From an uncultured delta proteobacterium (GTDB lineage: Bacteria; Desulfobacterota; Binatia; Binatales; Binataceae), in the NCBI GenBank assembly GCA_963808235.1, contig CAWEEQ010000004.1, positions 3,264,001-3,328,000 on the forward strand: a stretch of DNA of 64,000 nt, given 5' to 3'. Positions 10,833 to 20,857 of the stretch are shown one piece after another. Every line of letters begins with the position of its first letter. Positions within the stretch are counted from its first letter, which is position 1. The translations under genes were made by a program, and so were the position numbers. The notes under the pieces were generated by a model. It saw nothing but the letters and a program-made list of their open reading frames with translations, searched no databases and was not told the origin of the DNA.

Positions 10833-11709
10833 CGTGACGGAACGCCCCTACGTCCAGGCTCAGATTCATCAGAGTCGCTCCAGGAGCGGGTGTCAGCACG
10901 AACGTCGAATTGGGAACATCGCCATTGACGATCGGCCTCGTGTATCGAAACGTGACATGACTTTGTGCGGTTGGAAAATCCGCGTCGACGACGTACGGAA
11001 ACATCACTCCGCCGATATCATGATAGTCGCTGTAACGCACGTCGTAGTTGACCCGGCCGTCGGACCCCGTCTCGCGCACCATCGCGAGCTGCCCGTTCGC
11101 AAATCCAAGCTGACGGGTCCCCGACGGAGGCAGAATGTAGGTCGCAACCATCATCTGGCCGTCACTCGATGTCGAGTCAGGGATCATTCCGGATATGAAG
11201 TCGCGCGGCGCAAGTCCCATCAACAAACCCACCGCGTCCGCCGGAGCCATCGGAATTCGCACGTACTTGTAGAGCGTAGCCGCGTTCGCCGCGCCGCGCA
11301 TGAAACGATTCTGCCCCGGCTCGAAGATGGCGAGATCATCGCCCTGCGCCGCGAGCAGCAGCGCGACTCCGAGTGGCGACCGCGCCTCGACGCGCAAGCT
11401 GTTCGGCCGCGCCACGACGATGTCTTCCCGCGCCTTCAGATGCTGGCCAGGGGCGGTGTATTCCATGATTGCCGGCGTCTGCATCGAGGCGAGCGCTCGG
11501 TCGCGCTCGGCCAGCGCCGCAGTCAATTTCTGCACCTGGTATTTTCCGGCGTCCCATCCCGGAATCGGCGTCTCGGCGTCGGGTCCCTTGGGATAAGTAA
11601 CAACGCACGCCGAAAGACCAAGCATCGCGACCGCCAGCATCGATGCCAGCGCCGCATGCGAGATTCTTTGACGGCGGCGGAGTCGCTCAGTGCCCGGCGC
11701 TGGCGGCAT
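10822..11709 (-). CDS. LolB/LolA-fold outer-membrane lipoprotein (start uncertain)
   Basis: Lipobox LSAC; ARPNSLRVE and YSDY...FP motifs; follows a TPR lipoprotein as in TPR-lolB loci. Confidence 0.6.
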   Translation of the reverse strand: MPPAPGTERLRRRQRISHAALASMLAVAMLGLSACVVTYPKGPDAETPIPGWDAGKYQVQKLTAALAERDRALASMQTPAIMEYTAPGQHLKAREDIVVARPNSLRVEARSPLGVALLLAAQGDDLAIFEPGQNRFMRGAANAATLYKYVRIPMAPADAVGLLMGLAPRDFISGMIPDSTSSDGQMMVATYILPPSGTRQLGFANGQLAMVRETGSDGRVNYDVRYSDYHDIGGVMFPYVVDADFPTAQSHVTFRYTRPIVNGDVPNSTFVLTPAPGATLMNLSLDVGAFRHGES

Positions 11710-13471
11710 TCTGCAGGACCTGGATTTTATCCTTGAGCCGCGCAACCTGGTCGGTTTCCTGCGCCTTCTTCAGCGCGTCGGTGTACTCATTTTTCGCTTC
11801 CCCGACCTTGCCCAGCCTGCGATACGCATCGCCAAGATGCTCCGTAATCGTGGGGTCGCTGCCGGTCAGATTGACCGCGCGTTCCAACTGCTCGACGGCG
11901 CGCTTGTAGTCGCCCTGCTGATAGTAAACCCATCCGAGGCTGTCGACGTAGAATCCGTCTTCGGGCTCGATATCGAGGGCCCGCTTGATCAGCTTCTCCG
12001 CTTCGGGGAGATTGGTGCCCTTCTCTGCGTAGCTGTAGCCGAGGTAGTTGAGCGCCTGCGCGTTGGAAGGATTCAGCTCGATCGCCTTCTTCATCTCCAC
12101 CATGCCGTCGTCGCGCTGCTTGTTCTGATCGAGCGCGGCGCCGAGGGTGAAGTGAAACTTGTCGTTCTTGGGGTCGGCCGCGACCATTTTTCGCGCAAGT
12201 TCAATCGCCGCCGGGAAGTCCTTCTTTTCCTGGTACACGCCGACCATGAAGCCCTCGATCTCCGGATCGTTGGGCTTCTTCGCGAGTGCTTCCTTCAGCG
12301 CACTGAGCGCCTCATCGTACTTGTTCTGCTTGTCGTACAGATAGGCGAGCTGCTCGCGCGATTCCACGTAGTGCTCGTCGTCGTTCGGAATCTTGTTGAA
12401 CTCGGCAATCGCCTTCTCGCTCTCGCTGAGCTCCGTGTACACCGTGCCGAGATAGTAATGCACCCGGTAGTTCTTCGGCTCCGAGCCGAGCACGAGGTTG
12501 AACTCGGTTGCGGCATCGTCGAAATTTCCCTGCTCGACGTACAGCAGCCCGATTTTGGTCCGCGTGTCGGCGGGATTGGTCTCAACCTGCTCGACGCGCT
12601 TGAGCTCGTCGAGCGCCTGTTCATATTTTTTCTGACCGACCAGGATTTCGGCCTTGCGCTTTCGGACCAGCTCGTTGTTCGGATTGATCTGGGTGATTTT
12701 GTTGTAATAGACGAGCGCGTCCTGCGGGCGCTCCTGGCGCTCGCGGAGCAGCGCAAAGTCGAGCAGCACCAGTTCCGACTGCGGATTCAGATCGAGCGCC
12801 TTCTGATAATATTTTTCCGCCGCAGCGTAATTCTTCGACGCCACCATCACCTTGCCGGCGTAGTAGTAGCCAAGGAAGGAATTCGGATCGAGCTTGATCA
12901 GCTGCTGAAAAGTTTTCTCCGCTTCGCCGTAATCGTTGCGCTTGGCGTAGAGCGTTCCGAGATAGAGGTACGCTTCCTGGTTTTTCGGATTGAGGCGGAG
13001 CACTTCCGTGTAATCTTTCTCCGCCGCGGTGTCATCGCCGAGCGCCGTGCTGATTCCCGCGCCGAGCAGGCGCGCGTCGGCGGAATCGGGATTGATCGCA
13101 AGCGCCTGGTTCACCAGATCGAGCGCCTCCTTGAGCCGCCCGTCGCGCACGTACAGAGTCGCCAGGCGAACCTTCAGCGCCGCGTTGCCCGGATCGTACT
13201 GGGCCGCCTCGGCGTAGTCCTTCAGCGCCTCTCCGCGATCGCCCTCATTCATGGCGAACTCGGCCTTCAGGAACGCGCTCATCGCGCGCGCGTCGGAGGG
13301 AATTTCCACCGCCGGCGCGCCGCCGAAAGGATTGTCGCCCCCGACGCTTACGGTGCGAATCGGTTCGGGCTTCGCACTGGTGATTCGACTGCAGCCGACA
13401 AACGCGATCGACGCGGTCGCCAGCGCCACGCCTTCGAGCGCGATCAACGCGCGTTTAGTGAAACAATTCAT
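11687..13471 (-). CDS. Tetratricopeptide-repeat lipoprotein
   Basis: Lipobox FVGC; many TPRs; C-terminal ALNYLGYSYA...DSLGWVYY...EHLGDAY. Confidence 0.9.
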   Translation of the reverse strand: MNCFTKRALIALEGVALATASIAFVGCSRITSAKPEPIRTVSVGGDNPFGGAPAVEIPSDARAMSAFLKAEFAMNEGDRGEALKDYAEAAQYDPGNAALKVRLATLYVRDGRLKEALDLVNQALAINPDSADARLLGAGISTALGDDTAAEKDYTEVLRLNPKNQEAYLYLGTLYAKRNDYGEAEKTFQQLIKLDPNSFLGYYYAGKVMVASKNYAAAEKYYQKALDLNPQSELVLLDFALLRERQERPQDALVYYNKITQINPNNELVRKRKAEILVGQKKYEQALDELKRVEQVETNPADTRTKIGLLYVEQGNFDDAATEFNLVLGSEPKNYRVHYYLGTVYTELSESEKAIAEFNKIPNDDEHYVESREQLAYLYDKQNKYDEALSALKEALAKKPNDPEIEGFMVGVYQEKKDFPAAIELARKMVAADPKNDKFHFTLGAALDQNKQRDDGMVEMKKAIELNPSNAQALNYLGYSYAEKGTNLPEAEKLIKRALDIEPEDGFYVDSLGWVYYQQGDYKRAVEQLERAVNLTGSDPTITEHLGDAYRRLGKVGEAKNEYTDALKKAQETDQVARLKDKIQVLQNAASAGH

Positions 13472-13734
13472 CGTGAAAAGGGATTCCTGCGAAACTTATC
13501 GATTAGAAGTAACATCTACCGCTAACATCACGCTATCCGGATCGTCAACATCGGATCGTCAAGATCAGACGTTGCGCGCCATCATACGGATACAACCAAC
13601 GCCCGGGCTTTCCCTACATTATAAGATTTCCGCACTCGGATGCGACTGGGTAACTACTCGTCGCGAGCGGACCGCAGCTTGCCACCGCCCATCGCCTCCG
13701 ATAGAGCCGGAGTCTGCGCCCTCTGGACGAAATC

Positions 13735-15108
13735 GTGGAACCAGCAACCGCCAGCACTCGAGTCGCGCGCCCCGATGCGCGCAAGCTCGGCCTGATCCCG
13801 CTTGTATGCGTGATGTATCTGGTTGTGAGCGGCGGCGCGTACGGCCTCGAGGATGCGGTCCGGATGGCGGGTCCGCGCCTCACGATACTGCTATGCCTCA
13901 TCGTGCCGATAACGCTCAGCCTCCCGACCGCTCTGATGGCCGCGGAGCTCACCGCGCTGATGCCGGTGGAGGGCGGCTTTTACTTCTGGGTCAAAGAAGC
14001 GCTCGGACCTTTTGCCGGTTTCGCAGAGGCGTACCTGACCATCCTCTACACCGCCGTGGACATGGCGATTTATCCGGTGCTGTTCGCCGGCTACCTGTCA
14101 TTCCTCGTCCCGCTCGGACCGCTGGCGCAAGTCGCAATCGGTATCACGCTGGTATGGTGCGCGGGTGGGCTTAATTTTCTCGGCGTGCGGCCGGTCGGGA
14201 TGACCTCGATTGTGCTCAGTGCAATTCTGATCGCGCCGTTCGCGGTTCTCGTGATCGCGGGATTTCCACACCTGGTCCACTTCAAAATGCCGACCCCGCC
14301 GCTCTTCGGCACCGATCCCGTGGGCGCGCTCGCCGCCGGTTTGACCGTGGTCATCTGGAATTTCGGCGGATGGGAAAACTTGAGCGTGGTCTCGGCCGAG
14401 ATCGAAAATCCGCGCCGCAACTATCTTCGCGCGATTCTGATCGCGCTACCGATCATCGTCGCCGGATACCTTCTCCCGCTCGCAGTCTCGGTCTCCGGCT
14501 CGGCCAGTGCCTCGGGATGGGGAATCGGATCGTTCTCGCGGGAGGGCTACCGAATCGGCGGCCCCCTCCTTGGCGCCGCGCTCGCAATTGGCGGCGCCGT
14601 GATGTCGTTCGCGGTGTTCGAAGCCGGGATGCTCTGGATATCGCGGATGCCGTTCATCCTGGCCCGCGAGCGCTACCTGCCGGCCTCGCTAACCAAGCTG
14701 TGGTCCGCGACCGTAACCCCCGGCAGATCGATCCTGCTCTGCTGCGTCGTCTTCACCCTGCTGGTCCCAGTGGGCTTCGTGGCCCTGGTGGTGCTCGACG
14801 TCTTCTTCTACATGGCAGCGCTGACATTGGAGATGGCGGCCCTGATCCGCCTGCGCCAAACGATGCCCGATCGAAAGGAACTCTTCACAATAGGAGGCGG
14901 CCGCGTCGGCCTGGCCCTGGCAGCTATCCTCCCAATCCTAACCTGGCTGGCAACGTTCGGCCTGGCAGTATCAAGCGGCGACGGCAAAACGGACTTCATC
15001 CTCGCAATCGCCCTCGGCGTCTGCGTATGGCCAGCCTATGCACTGTGCCGTCGCCATTACGGCGGGCCTCCACCGATCGATCCTCCGCCAACAACCATCA
15101 CCGCCTGA
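13735..15108 (+). CDS. APC-family amino acid/polyamine permease
   Basis: VSGGAYGLED, AELTALMPVEGGFYFWV, WNFGGWE; ~12 hydrophobic segments. Confidence 0.88.
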   Translation: MEPATASTRVARPDARKLGLIPLVCVMYLVVSGGAYGLEDAVRMAGPRLTILLCLIVPITLSLPTALMAAELTALMPVEGGFYFWVKEALGPFAGFAEAYLTILYTAVDMAIYPVLFAGYLSFLVPLGPLAQVAIGITLVWCAGGLNFLGVRPVGMTSIVLSAILIAPFAVLVIAGFPHLVHFKMPTPPLFGTDPVGALAAGLTVVIWNFGGWENLSVVSAEIENPRRNYLRAILIALPIIVAGYLLPLAVSVSGSASASGWGIGSFSREGYRIGGPLLGAALAIGGAVMSFAVFEAGMLWISRMPFILARERYLPASLTKLWSATVTPGRSILLCCVVFTLLVPVGFVALVVLDVFFYMAALTLEMAALIRLRQTMPDRKELFTIGGGRVGLALAAILPILTWLATFGLAVSSGDGKTDFILAIALGVCVWPAYALCRRHYGGPPPIDPPPTTITA

Positions 15109-15221
15109 ACCCGGCTCCTTTCCCTCGCCGGCCGAGTGTTGACACCGAGGGTAGGTATTAAGTTGGGACGACTGTTCGCCTTCAAGCTATAATAGTTCTA
15201 TCCCACGCCAAGGAATCACCG

Positions 15222-16217
15222 ATGGGCCTCCTCGTGAACGGCAAATGGCGCGATGCCTGGTACGACACCGAAAATACCGACGGCCGGTTCGAGCGCCGTG
15301 AAGCTGGGTTCCGGAATTGGATCACTCCCGACGGCGTTTCGGGGCGCAGCGGCCGCGCCGGATTCAAAGCCGAGCCGGGCCGCTATCATCTCTATGTATC
15401 GCTGGCCTGCCCATGGGCGTGTCGCGCGCTGATATTTCGAAAACTCAAAAGACTCGAAAATATTATTTCGCTGTCGGTCGTTGACCCGTTTATGGGCGAG
15501 AACGGATGGTCTTTCTCGGCGCCCGATGGCTCGATCACTCCCGGATCGACGCGCGACGACATGATGGGCGCGCGTTTTCTCTATGAAATTTACCTGAAGG
15601 CGGAGCCTTCCTACACCGGACGCGTCACCGTCCCCGTGCTGTGGGACAAGCGCAAAAGCACCATCGTAAATAACGAATCGTCAGAGATAATCCGCATGCT
15701 TAACAGCGCTTTCGACGAATGGGCTGGCTCGAAACTCGACTACTATCCGGCGGATCTTAGCGACGAGATCGATCTCATCAACTCGGTCGTCTATGACAAC
15801 GTGAACAACGGCGTATACAAATGCGGCTTCGCCACTTCACAGGACGCTTACGACGAATCTTTCGATGCGCTTTTCAAGACCCTCGACGATCTCGAGGCGC
15901 GCCTTGCTCGCCAGCGCTACCTGGCCGGATCCCAGCTCACCGAAGCCGATTGGCGTTTGTTCACGACACTGGTCAGATTCGATTCCGTTTACTATGGGCA
16001 CTTCAAATGCAATCTGCGGCGCATAATCGACTACCCCAATCTATGGAACTACACCCGTGAACTCTTCCAGCTTCCCGGAGTCTCCGAGACGGTGAACCTG
16101 TTCCACATCAAGCGCCACTACTATGCAAGTCACGTAACCATAAATCCCACGCGCATCGTCCCAAAGGGCCCGGCAATAGATTTCACCATCCCCCACACCC
16201 GCGCGCGCGGCGCGTAG
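15222..16217 (+). CDS. Glutathionyl-hydroquinone reductase (GST omega/YqjG-like)
   Basis: RYHLYVSLACPWA, VTVPVLWD, IVNNESSEII, NNGVYKCGFA. Confidence 0.93.
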   Translation: MGLLVNGKWRDAWYDTENTDGRFERREAGFRNWITPDGVSGRSGRAGFKAEPGRYHLYVSLACPWACRALIFRKLKRLENIISLSVVDPFMGENGWSFSAPDGSITPGSTRDDMMGARFLYEIYLKAEPSYTGRVTVPVLWDKRKSTIVNNESSEIIRMLNSAFDEWAGSKLDYYPADLSDEIDLINSVVYDNVNNGVYKCGFATSQDAYDESFDALFKTLDDLEARLARQRYLAGSQLTEADWRLFTTLVRFDSVYYGHFKCNLRRIIDYPNLWNYTRELFQLPGVSETVNLFHIKRHYYASHVTINPTRIVPKGPAIDFTIPHTRARGA

Positions 16218-16418
16218 TCCGCCACGCCCGAACCGAGCTCACCCTGTCGTCCCGAACGCAGCCGAGGGAGGTCTGCGAAGCGATTTCTTTCCGATCCGCG
16301 CCCCGCCACCGGTTGATACCTCTGCCTGAACCTGAATCGAAAGCAAACAGCAAGTTAACACGCGTTGCGTTGCCATTGCATTTCGTGTACATGATTTCGC
16401 CAGTCTCGGGGGGAAGCG

Positions 16419-17690
16419 TTGACCAGGCTCAGAACGATCTCGCGATGGATCTCTGTCTCGTGCATCCTCGCTAGCCTGGGTTTGGCTCGCCCGGCGTTCT
16501 GCCAGCCGACCCCAAGCGCAACGCTCACTCCGACCGCGACGATCACTCCGACGCCGACGCTCACGCCCACGCCGACCCCGACCGCCACACCGACACCGAC
16601 CGTGACGCCCACGCCAACCTGCGATCAGACTGCGAGATCTCCCAGGCCGATCCTGCCCGGGATCTCGGGTGGCAACGAATTAGACTTCGTCGGAGTCAAT
16701 GGAGTGCGCGAGTGCTTCGGAGGAACGCTTGGCTCTCTGGTCCAAGATTCAAGTGGCAAGGACTACTTCATCTTGAGTACTAATCGGGTTCTCGCGCGCG
16801 TTAACAAAGCCGCTCCGGGCGAACCTATCGTGCAGCCAGGGCGGCAGGACACCGCGTGTAGAACGGGCCCGCGCAACGTCATCGGCAAACTGACCGAGTT
16901 CGGCGCGATCGATTTTGCCCATGGTGCGGAAAACTTGGCCGATGTGGCGATCGCCGCAGTCAACTCCAAAAAAGTCTCCTTGACCATGGGTATCTTCAAT
17001 ATTGGTCCCGTTTCGGAGACGCCCATAAGCGTAGACCCGAACATAAACCCGGCAATCATCGGGCTGAATGTCCAGGAGATGGGCGCGGGAACTTGCCAAA
17101 CGCTGGCGGTGGTAAACGCCGTCAACGTAAACGTGACGACCAACTACGGTCACTTCCCGAAGCCCAAACTCGCAAACTTCGCAAAACAGATTCAGATCAC
17201 CTCGATGAACCCGTTCACGACGGACGACATAGGATCGCTCGTGGTGACCGGGCCGACCGACGTATCGTGTCCTCAGCCCGTTGGCCTTCTGTTTGCCATC
17301 GGCACTGTTAACGGTGTCGGCGTCGGCTTCGCGACTCCCGCCCAAGCCGTACTTGACCGCCTGAATAACCTGAAAAAAGGAACGGTCAGCGGCCTGCAAT
17401 TCGTAGGCTCATGCACCGCTGCGACGGTCGCTCCCGCCGCGCCCACCGTCAAGGGCTTCAGCGCTGAGACGATTCAGGCCGCCACCGATACCAGAGACCA
17501 TCACGTCGAGGAATTGATGAGCGTTCCCGGGGCCGTCGGGACTGGAGTCGGTTTCGGCGATACTCGCGACCAGCTCGCGATCATCGTCTATGTAAAACGA
17601 TTGACTTCAGAACAGCACAACACTGCTCTCAGCGAGATCGAAGGGATTCCCGTGGTGCTCAGAGAGACGGGAGAAATTGTCGCTTACTGA
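16419..17690 (+). CDS. Secreted trypsin-like (Nal1-type) protein, catalytic His/Ser replaced; PT-rich linker
   Basis: Signal peptide, (PT)n linker, GTLGSLV, ILSTNRVLA, GEPIVQPG, DVAIA, DDIGSLVV, VGLLFA. Confidence 0.7.
   Translation: MTRLRTISRWISVSCILASLGLARPAFCQPTPSATLTPTATITPTPTLTPTPTPTATPTPTVTPTPTCDQTARSPRPILPGISGGNELDFVGVNGVRECFGGTLGSLVQDSSGKDYFILSTNRVLARVNKAAPGEPIVQPGRQDTACRTGPRNVIGKLTEFGAIDFAHGAENLADVAIAAVNSKKVSLTMGIFNIGPVSETPISVDPNINPAIIGLNVQEMGAGTCQTLAVVNAVNVNVTTNYGHFPKPKLANFAKQIQITSMNPFTTDDIGSLVVTGPTDVSCPQPVGLLFAIGTVNGVGVGFATPAQAVLDRLNNLKKGTVSGLQFVGSCTAATVAPAAPTVKGFSAETIQAATDTRDHHVEELMSVPGAVGTGVGFGDTRDQLAIIVYVKRLTSEQHNTALSEIEGIPVVLRETGEIVAY
16502..16620 (+). repeat. Low-complexity Pro/Thr coding repeat
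   Basis: PTPSATLTPTATITPTPTLTPTPTPTATPTPTVTPTPT. Confidence 0.9.
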
Positions 17691-17816
17691 GGACAATTGA
17701 CCTGGCCCGATCGCGCGTCTGGCCCTCGCCGTCGCCATACCCGCTAGAGGATTACGAGCGCCTGTAGACAAACAGGCAAGGTGCGGATTTAATTCTGCGC
17801 ACCGGAGCGGACACCA

Positions 17817-18554
17817 ATGCGACGAAACCTCTCTTTTTCTAAAGCCCTTATAGTCATCTTCTTTTGGAGCGCCGGCGCTCTTGCGCAGACCGGACCTTCT
17901 CCGACATCCGCGTGCTTAAGCCAAACAACCAACCTCGGCCAGCTCAAGACCGCTCTATTGGATTACGAGAGATCTGGCGGCTACGAACGTGACATCAAAA
18001 CCACCGTCGATGGGGCCAAAACCTTTCTGGCGAAGCAATCCGCTCGAAAAGGGAACCTCGCGATCGTGCTCGACATCGACGAGACTTCGCTATCGAATTG
18101 GCCCGAGCTCAACGCGGACGATTTCGGATACTTCCGCACGGGACCCTGCAATCTATCGGCTGACGGGTCCGTTCAGGCGCCGTGCGGATGGAACCAATGG
18201 GTTGAACTGGCGAAGGCGCGACCAATCGAACCCACCCTCGAACTCTATCGTCAGGCGCGAGCACAGGGCCTGCACGTCTTCTTCATCACCGCTCGCAGCG
18301 AGTCTCAGCGCCTACCCACTGCAGCTAACCTTCGGGCCGCGGGTTACGAGGGATGGAGTAACGACGACCTCAAGATGAAACCCGACGACTTGCATCGACA
18401 GTCTGTAGCTCCCTTCAAAACCGATGCTAGGAGGAGGATCGCCGAACAAGGATATACCGTCGTGCTGAACATGGGCGATCAGGATAGCGACCTCACAGGA
18501 GGCTACGCCGAGCGAACTTTCAAACTCCCTAACCCGTTCTACTACATTCCCTGA
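17817..18554 (+). CDS. Secreted HAD-superfamily (class B-type) acid phosphatase
   Basis: Signal peptide; VLDIDETSLSN, FFITAR, NMGDQDSDL, FKLPNPFY. Confidence 0.9.
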   Translation: MRRNLSFSKALIVIFFWSAGALAQTGPSPTSACLSQTTNLGQLKTALLDYERSGGYERDIKTTVDGAKTFLAKQSARKGNLAIVLDIDETSLSNWPELNADDFGYFRTGPCNLSADGSVQAPCGWNQWVELAKARPIEPTLELYRQARAQGLHVFFITARSESQRLPTAANLRAAGYEGWSNDDLKMKPDDLHRQSVAPFKTDARRRIAEQGYTVVLNMGDQDSDLTGGYAERTFKLPNPFYYIP

Positions 18555-18555
18555 C

Positions 18556-20643
18556 CTATGGGGTTCCGATGATCGTGAATACGCTCGTAGTTGGCAAACT
18601 CTTTGCCGATTTGAACAACCCGACAAGTTGTAAGGTCATATCCATTATCTCAGGTGTTCGACCGGCAAACTCCGGACCGGGAACCACATAACCTTCGCCA
18701 TCGTACGTTACCCCCAAGATCGGCCAGTAGGTCTTCGCCACCGGTGCAGTTTTGTTAAGTACGAACATGGGCTCGCATCTGAACCCACTGTCTTCACTCG
18801 TTCGATAATTCAGCGTGACAGCAGCCGGATTTTTTTCGTTGGGCGGAGCTAAGCAAATGTCATCGGGTATAGTTCGATTTAATTCAGGATTGTACTTAAT
18901 TGCGATTGTTCGTAGCGGTGTTGGCCGGTTGTCCTGTGGATCTGTTGGTCCTATTTCTCTCCGGACGATCTCCCCTAGGTAGTAGATGATACCGTCGGCT
19001 GATCTCGGAGCTAATTCGATTTGAACCGCCTTCGAAAAGTCTATCTCACTTCCGTGGCTCTTGCCGTACTTCGAGCAGCTCGGCTTAGCTTCGCCAATAC
19101 CCTCAGTGCATTCTTTCTTTAGATGACCTTGACCAGGAATGAGCATGCAGTCGGCTTGACAATGAGAGTATTCGGGGAGCAGATCGGGAAACTTCGTCTT
19201 TTGCTTCCCACTTTTCAATTTTACCTCCTCCGTGTTACGGCGCCAGTCCGGGTTGTCGATAGCGGTTAGCTGCAACGCGATTTCCGGACCTAGAGTCAGG
19301 GCTTTAAAGCCCAATTGACTAGGGGCGTTCGCGCTATCTGGGGTCAGACTGGCAGCGCCGCCGTTTAGGGTCCCTGCGACCGCTGTATTTTGCGGCAGTG
19401 TCTTCTTCTTGCCACCGCACGCTGCTGCACTCTTGGCAATCGAGTCGGCGATGGCGGAATGCAGTTCGCTCGGCTGAGGACCGCCCCAACGAGGCGGGCG
19501 GAAGCATAATTGAAAGCCCGAGCTGGACTTCTGAGCGCGATAGAGCGTGGATGGCAGATCCGAAAGTTGGTCGCTGAGTTTGCTCGCTTGAACATCCGCG
19601 TCTTGGAAATTACATATCTTATTGAGGTCCGCGACTACTTCGTCGTCAGTTTTACCAGGAACTGGATGTCTACGAAGAGAATCGCGCCAATCGCTCTCAT
19701 CGCCATCACAGTTTGTTATCCCGCTGCTAGGAGGCACGACCGTGGCTATTTGGCCGGCGAGATCGGCAAAGGTCTTCGGAGGATCGCAGATTCCCTGGAG
19801 TTTCTTGAGGTCGTCTTTCTCGTTACCAGGGTCCAATCTGGCAAGTAACTCATTCCTTTCGTTCGCAGCGAGATCGCACCACTTTACTTGTTTGACGTCC
19901 AGCCCCGCGGTCGCAGCTCGGGACAGATCAGTAAGCTCTTCTGCTTCGTCGGCGGTAAGCACTGCACCAACTGTGGTGACCTTGGATTTCGACTCCGTGC
20001 TAAGCCCCAGGTTGAGCAAATAGTCGATCACAACTTGAAAACGATCGAAGTCTTGATCTCTTCCGACGTTGTTGGGGATTTCCAGAATGTTGGTATGCCC
20101 TTGCTTGTCAGTCTGTTTGATTACGATCTGAGCGACAAAGAGATTGAAGAGCATCGTCGCGGAATACCGCTGCTCGTAGTACAAATCCAGCGTATCCAAA
20201 GGAATTGGACTCATGATTCCTTCGTAGAAATCCTGCGTATCCAAAATCGCTACTGCGAAGGTCGGACCTCCGGAAAACGTCGCGGTCGGCGCTAACGTCG
20301 TCGCCACGCTGCCGCCGCCCTTCCTCAGAGGCCAGCTTCCACTTAGCCCTCCCGTGGAGGTAGCGTTACCAGACACGGTCGTAACGCCACTGAATTCTAG
20401 CGGGCGGCGCTTGCTGGCGCGCAGGACGTTCAGCAACAAGTCTTGATCCTGGACCTCTTCTGCTTCCTTGTTGTACTGCACCGCTCGGTCGGAGAATCTA
20501 TCGACAACCACACAACCCGCGATACCAGAAGTTGCCGCCAATAGAAGCACAATCGCCGCGCGCAGCCGCGGACGGCTCAAGGTCAACTGCCAAATCCGTC
20601 GCCTGATACCAGGCAAGGTCTCTTCCGACCTGCTTTGAGTCAT
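18556..20643 (-). CDS. Large hypothetical lipoprotein
   Basis: Lipobox IAGC; YN...LLLNVLRA...P motif; many A/T-ending codons compared with the flanks; ATG 20643 taken as start. Confidence 0.7.
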   Translation of the reverse strand: MTQSRSEETLPGIRRRIWQLTLSRPRLRAAIVLLLAATSGIAGCVVVDRFSDRAVQYNKEAEEVQDQDLLLNVLRASKRRPLEFSGVTTVSGNATSTGGLSGSWPLRKGGGSVATTLAPTATFSGGPTFAVAILDTQDFYEGIMSPIPLDTLDLYYEQRYSATMLFNLFVAQIVIKQTDKQGHTNILEIPNNVGRDQDFDRFQVVIDYLLNLGLSTESKSKVTTVGAVLTADEAEELTDLSRAATAGLDVKQVKWCDLAANERNELLARLDPGNEKDDLKKLQGICDPPKTFADLAGQIATVVPPSSGITNCDGDESDWRDSLRRHPVPGKTDDEVVADLNKICNFQDADVQASKLSDQLSDLPSTLYRAQKSSSGFQLCFRPPRWGGPQPSELHSAIADSIAKSAAACGGKKKTLPQNTAVAGTLNGGAASLTPDSANAPSQLGFKALTLGPEIALQLTAIDNPDWRRNTEEVKLKSGKQKTKFPDLLPEYSHCQADCMLIPGQGHLKKECTEGIGEAKPSCSKYGKSHGSEIDFSKAVQIELAPRSADGIIYYLGEIVRREIGPTDPQDNRPTPLRTIAIKYNPELNRTIPDDICLAPPNEKNPAAVTLNYRTSEDSGFRCEPMFVLNKTAPVAKTYWPILGVTYDGEGYVVPGPEFAGRTPEIMDMTLQLVGLFKSAKSLPTTSVFTIIGTP

Positions 20644-20857
20644 GAACTCCCCCCGAACTGGTAGCGCCCCCCTACCCACTTAAAGGCGGCGAAGATACGC
20701 GCGCACTTCTACACGAAATCCATTCCATGTGGCAACAGGGAGTCACCAGCAGAACCCGATCCGCGCCAACAAGCATCGACCTTCGGATAGGGAGGGCGGG
20801 CTCGGGGCCAACCGAGCGTAGCTGGTAGGTGAGGGTTCCCGCGCTGTGACGATGCCT

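Noticed and set aside
9126-13525. Very long antisense ORFs (9126-10928, 11690-13525; likewise 49560-51038 and 45979-47151)
   Set aside because: They mirror well-supported genes on the other strand, an expected effect of high GC3 codon bias, and carry no recognisable motifs.
20770-20856. Weak nested inverted repeats between the lipoprotein and GT genes
   Set aside because: Pairing is short and imperfect for GC-rich DNA; at most a terminator or REP remnant.
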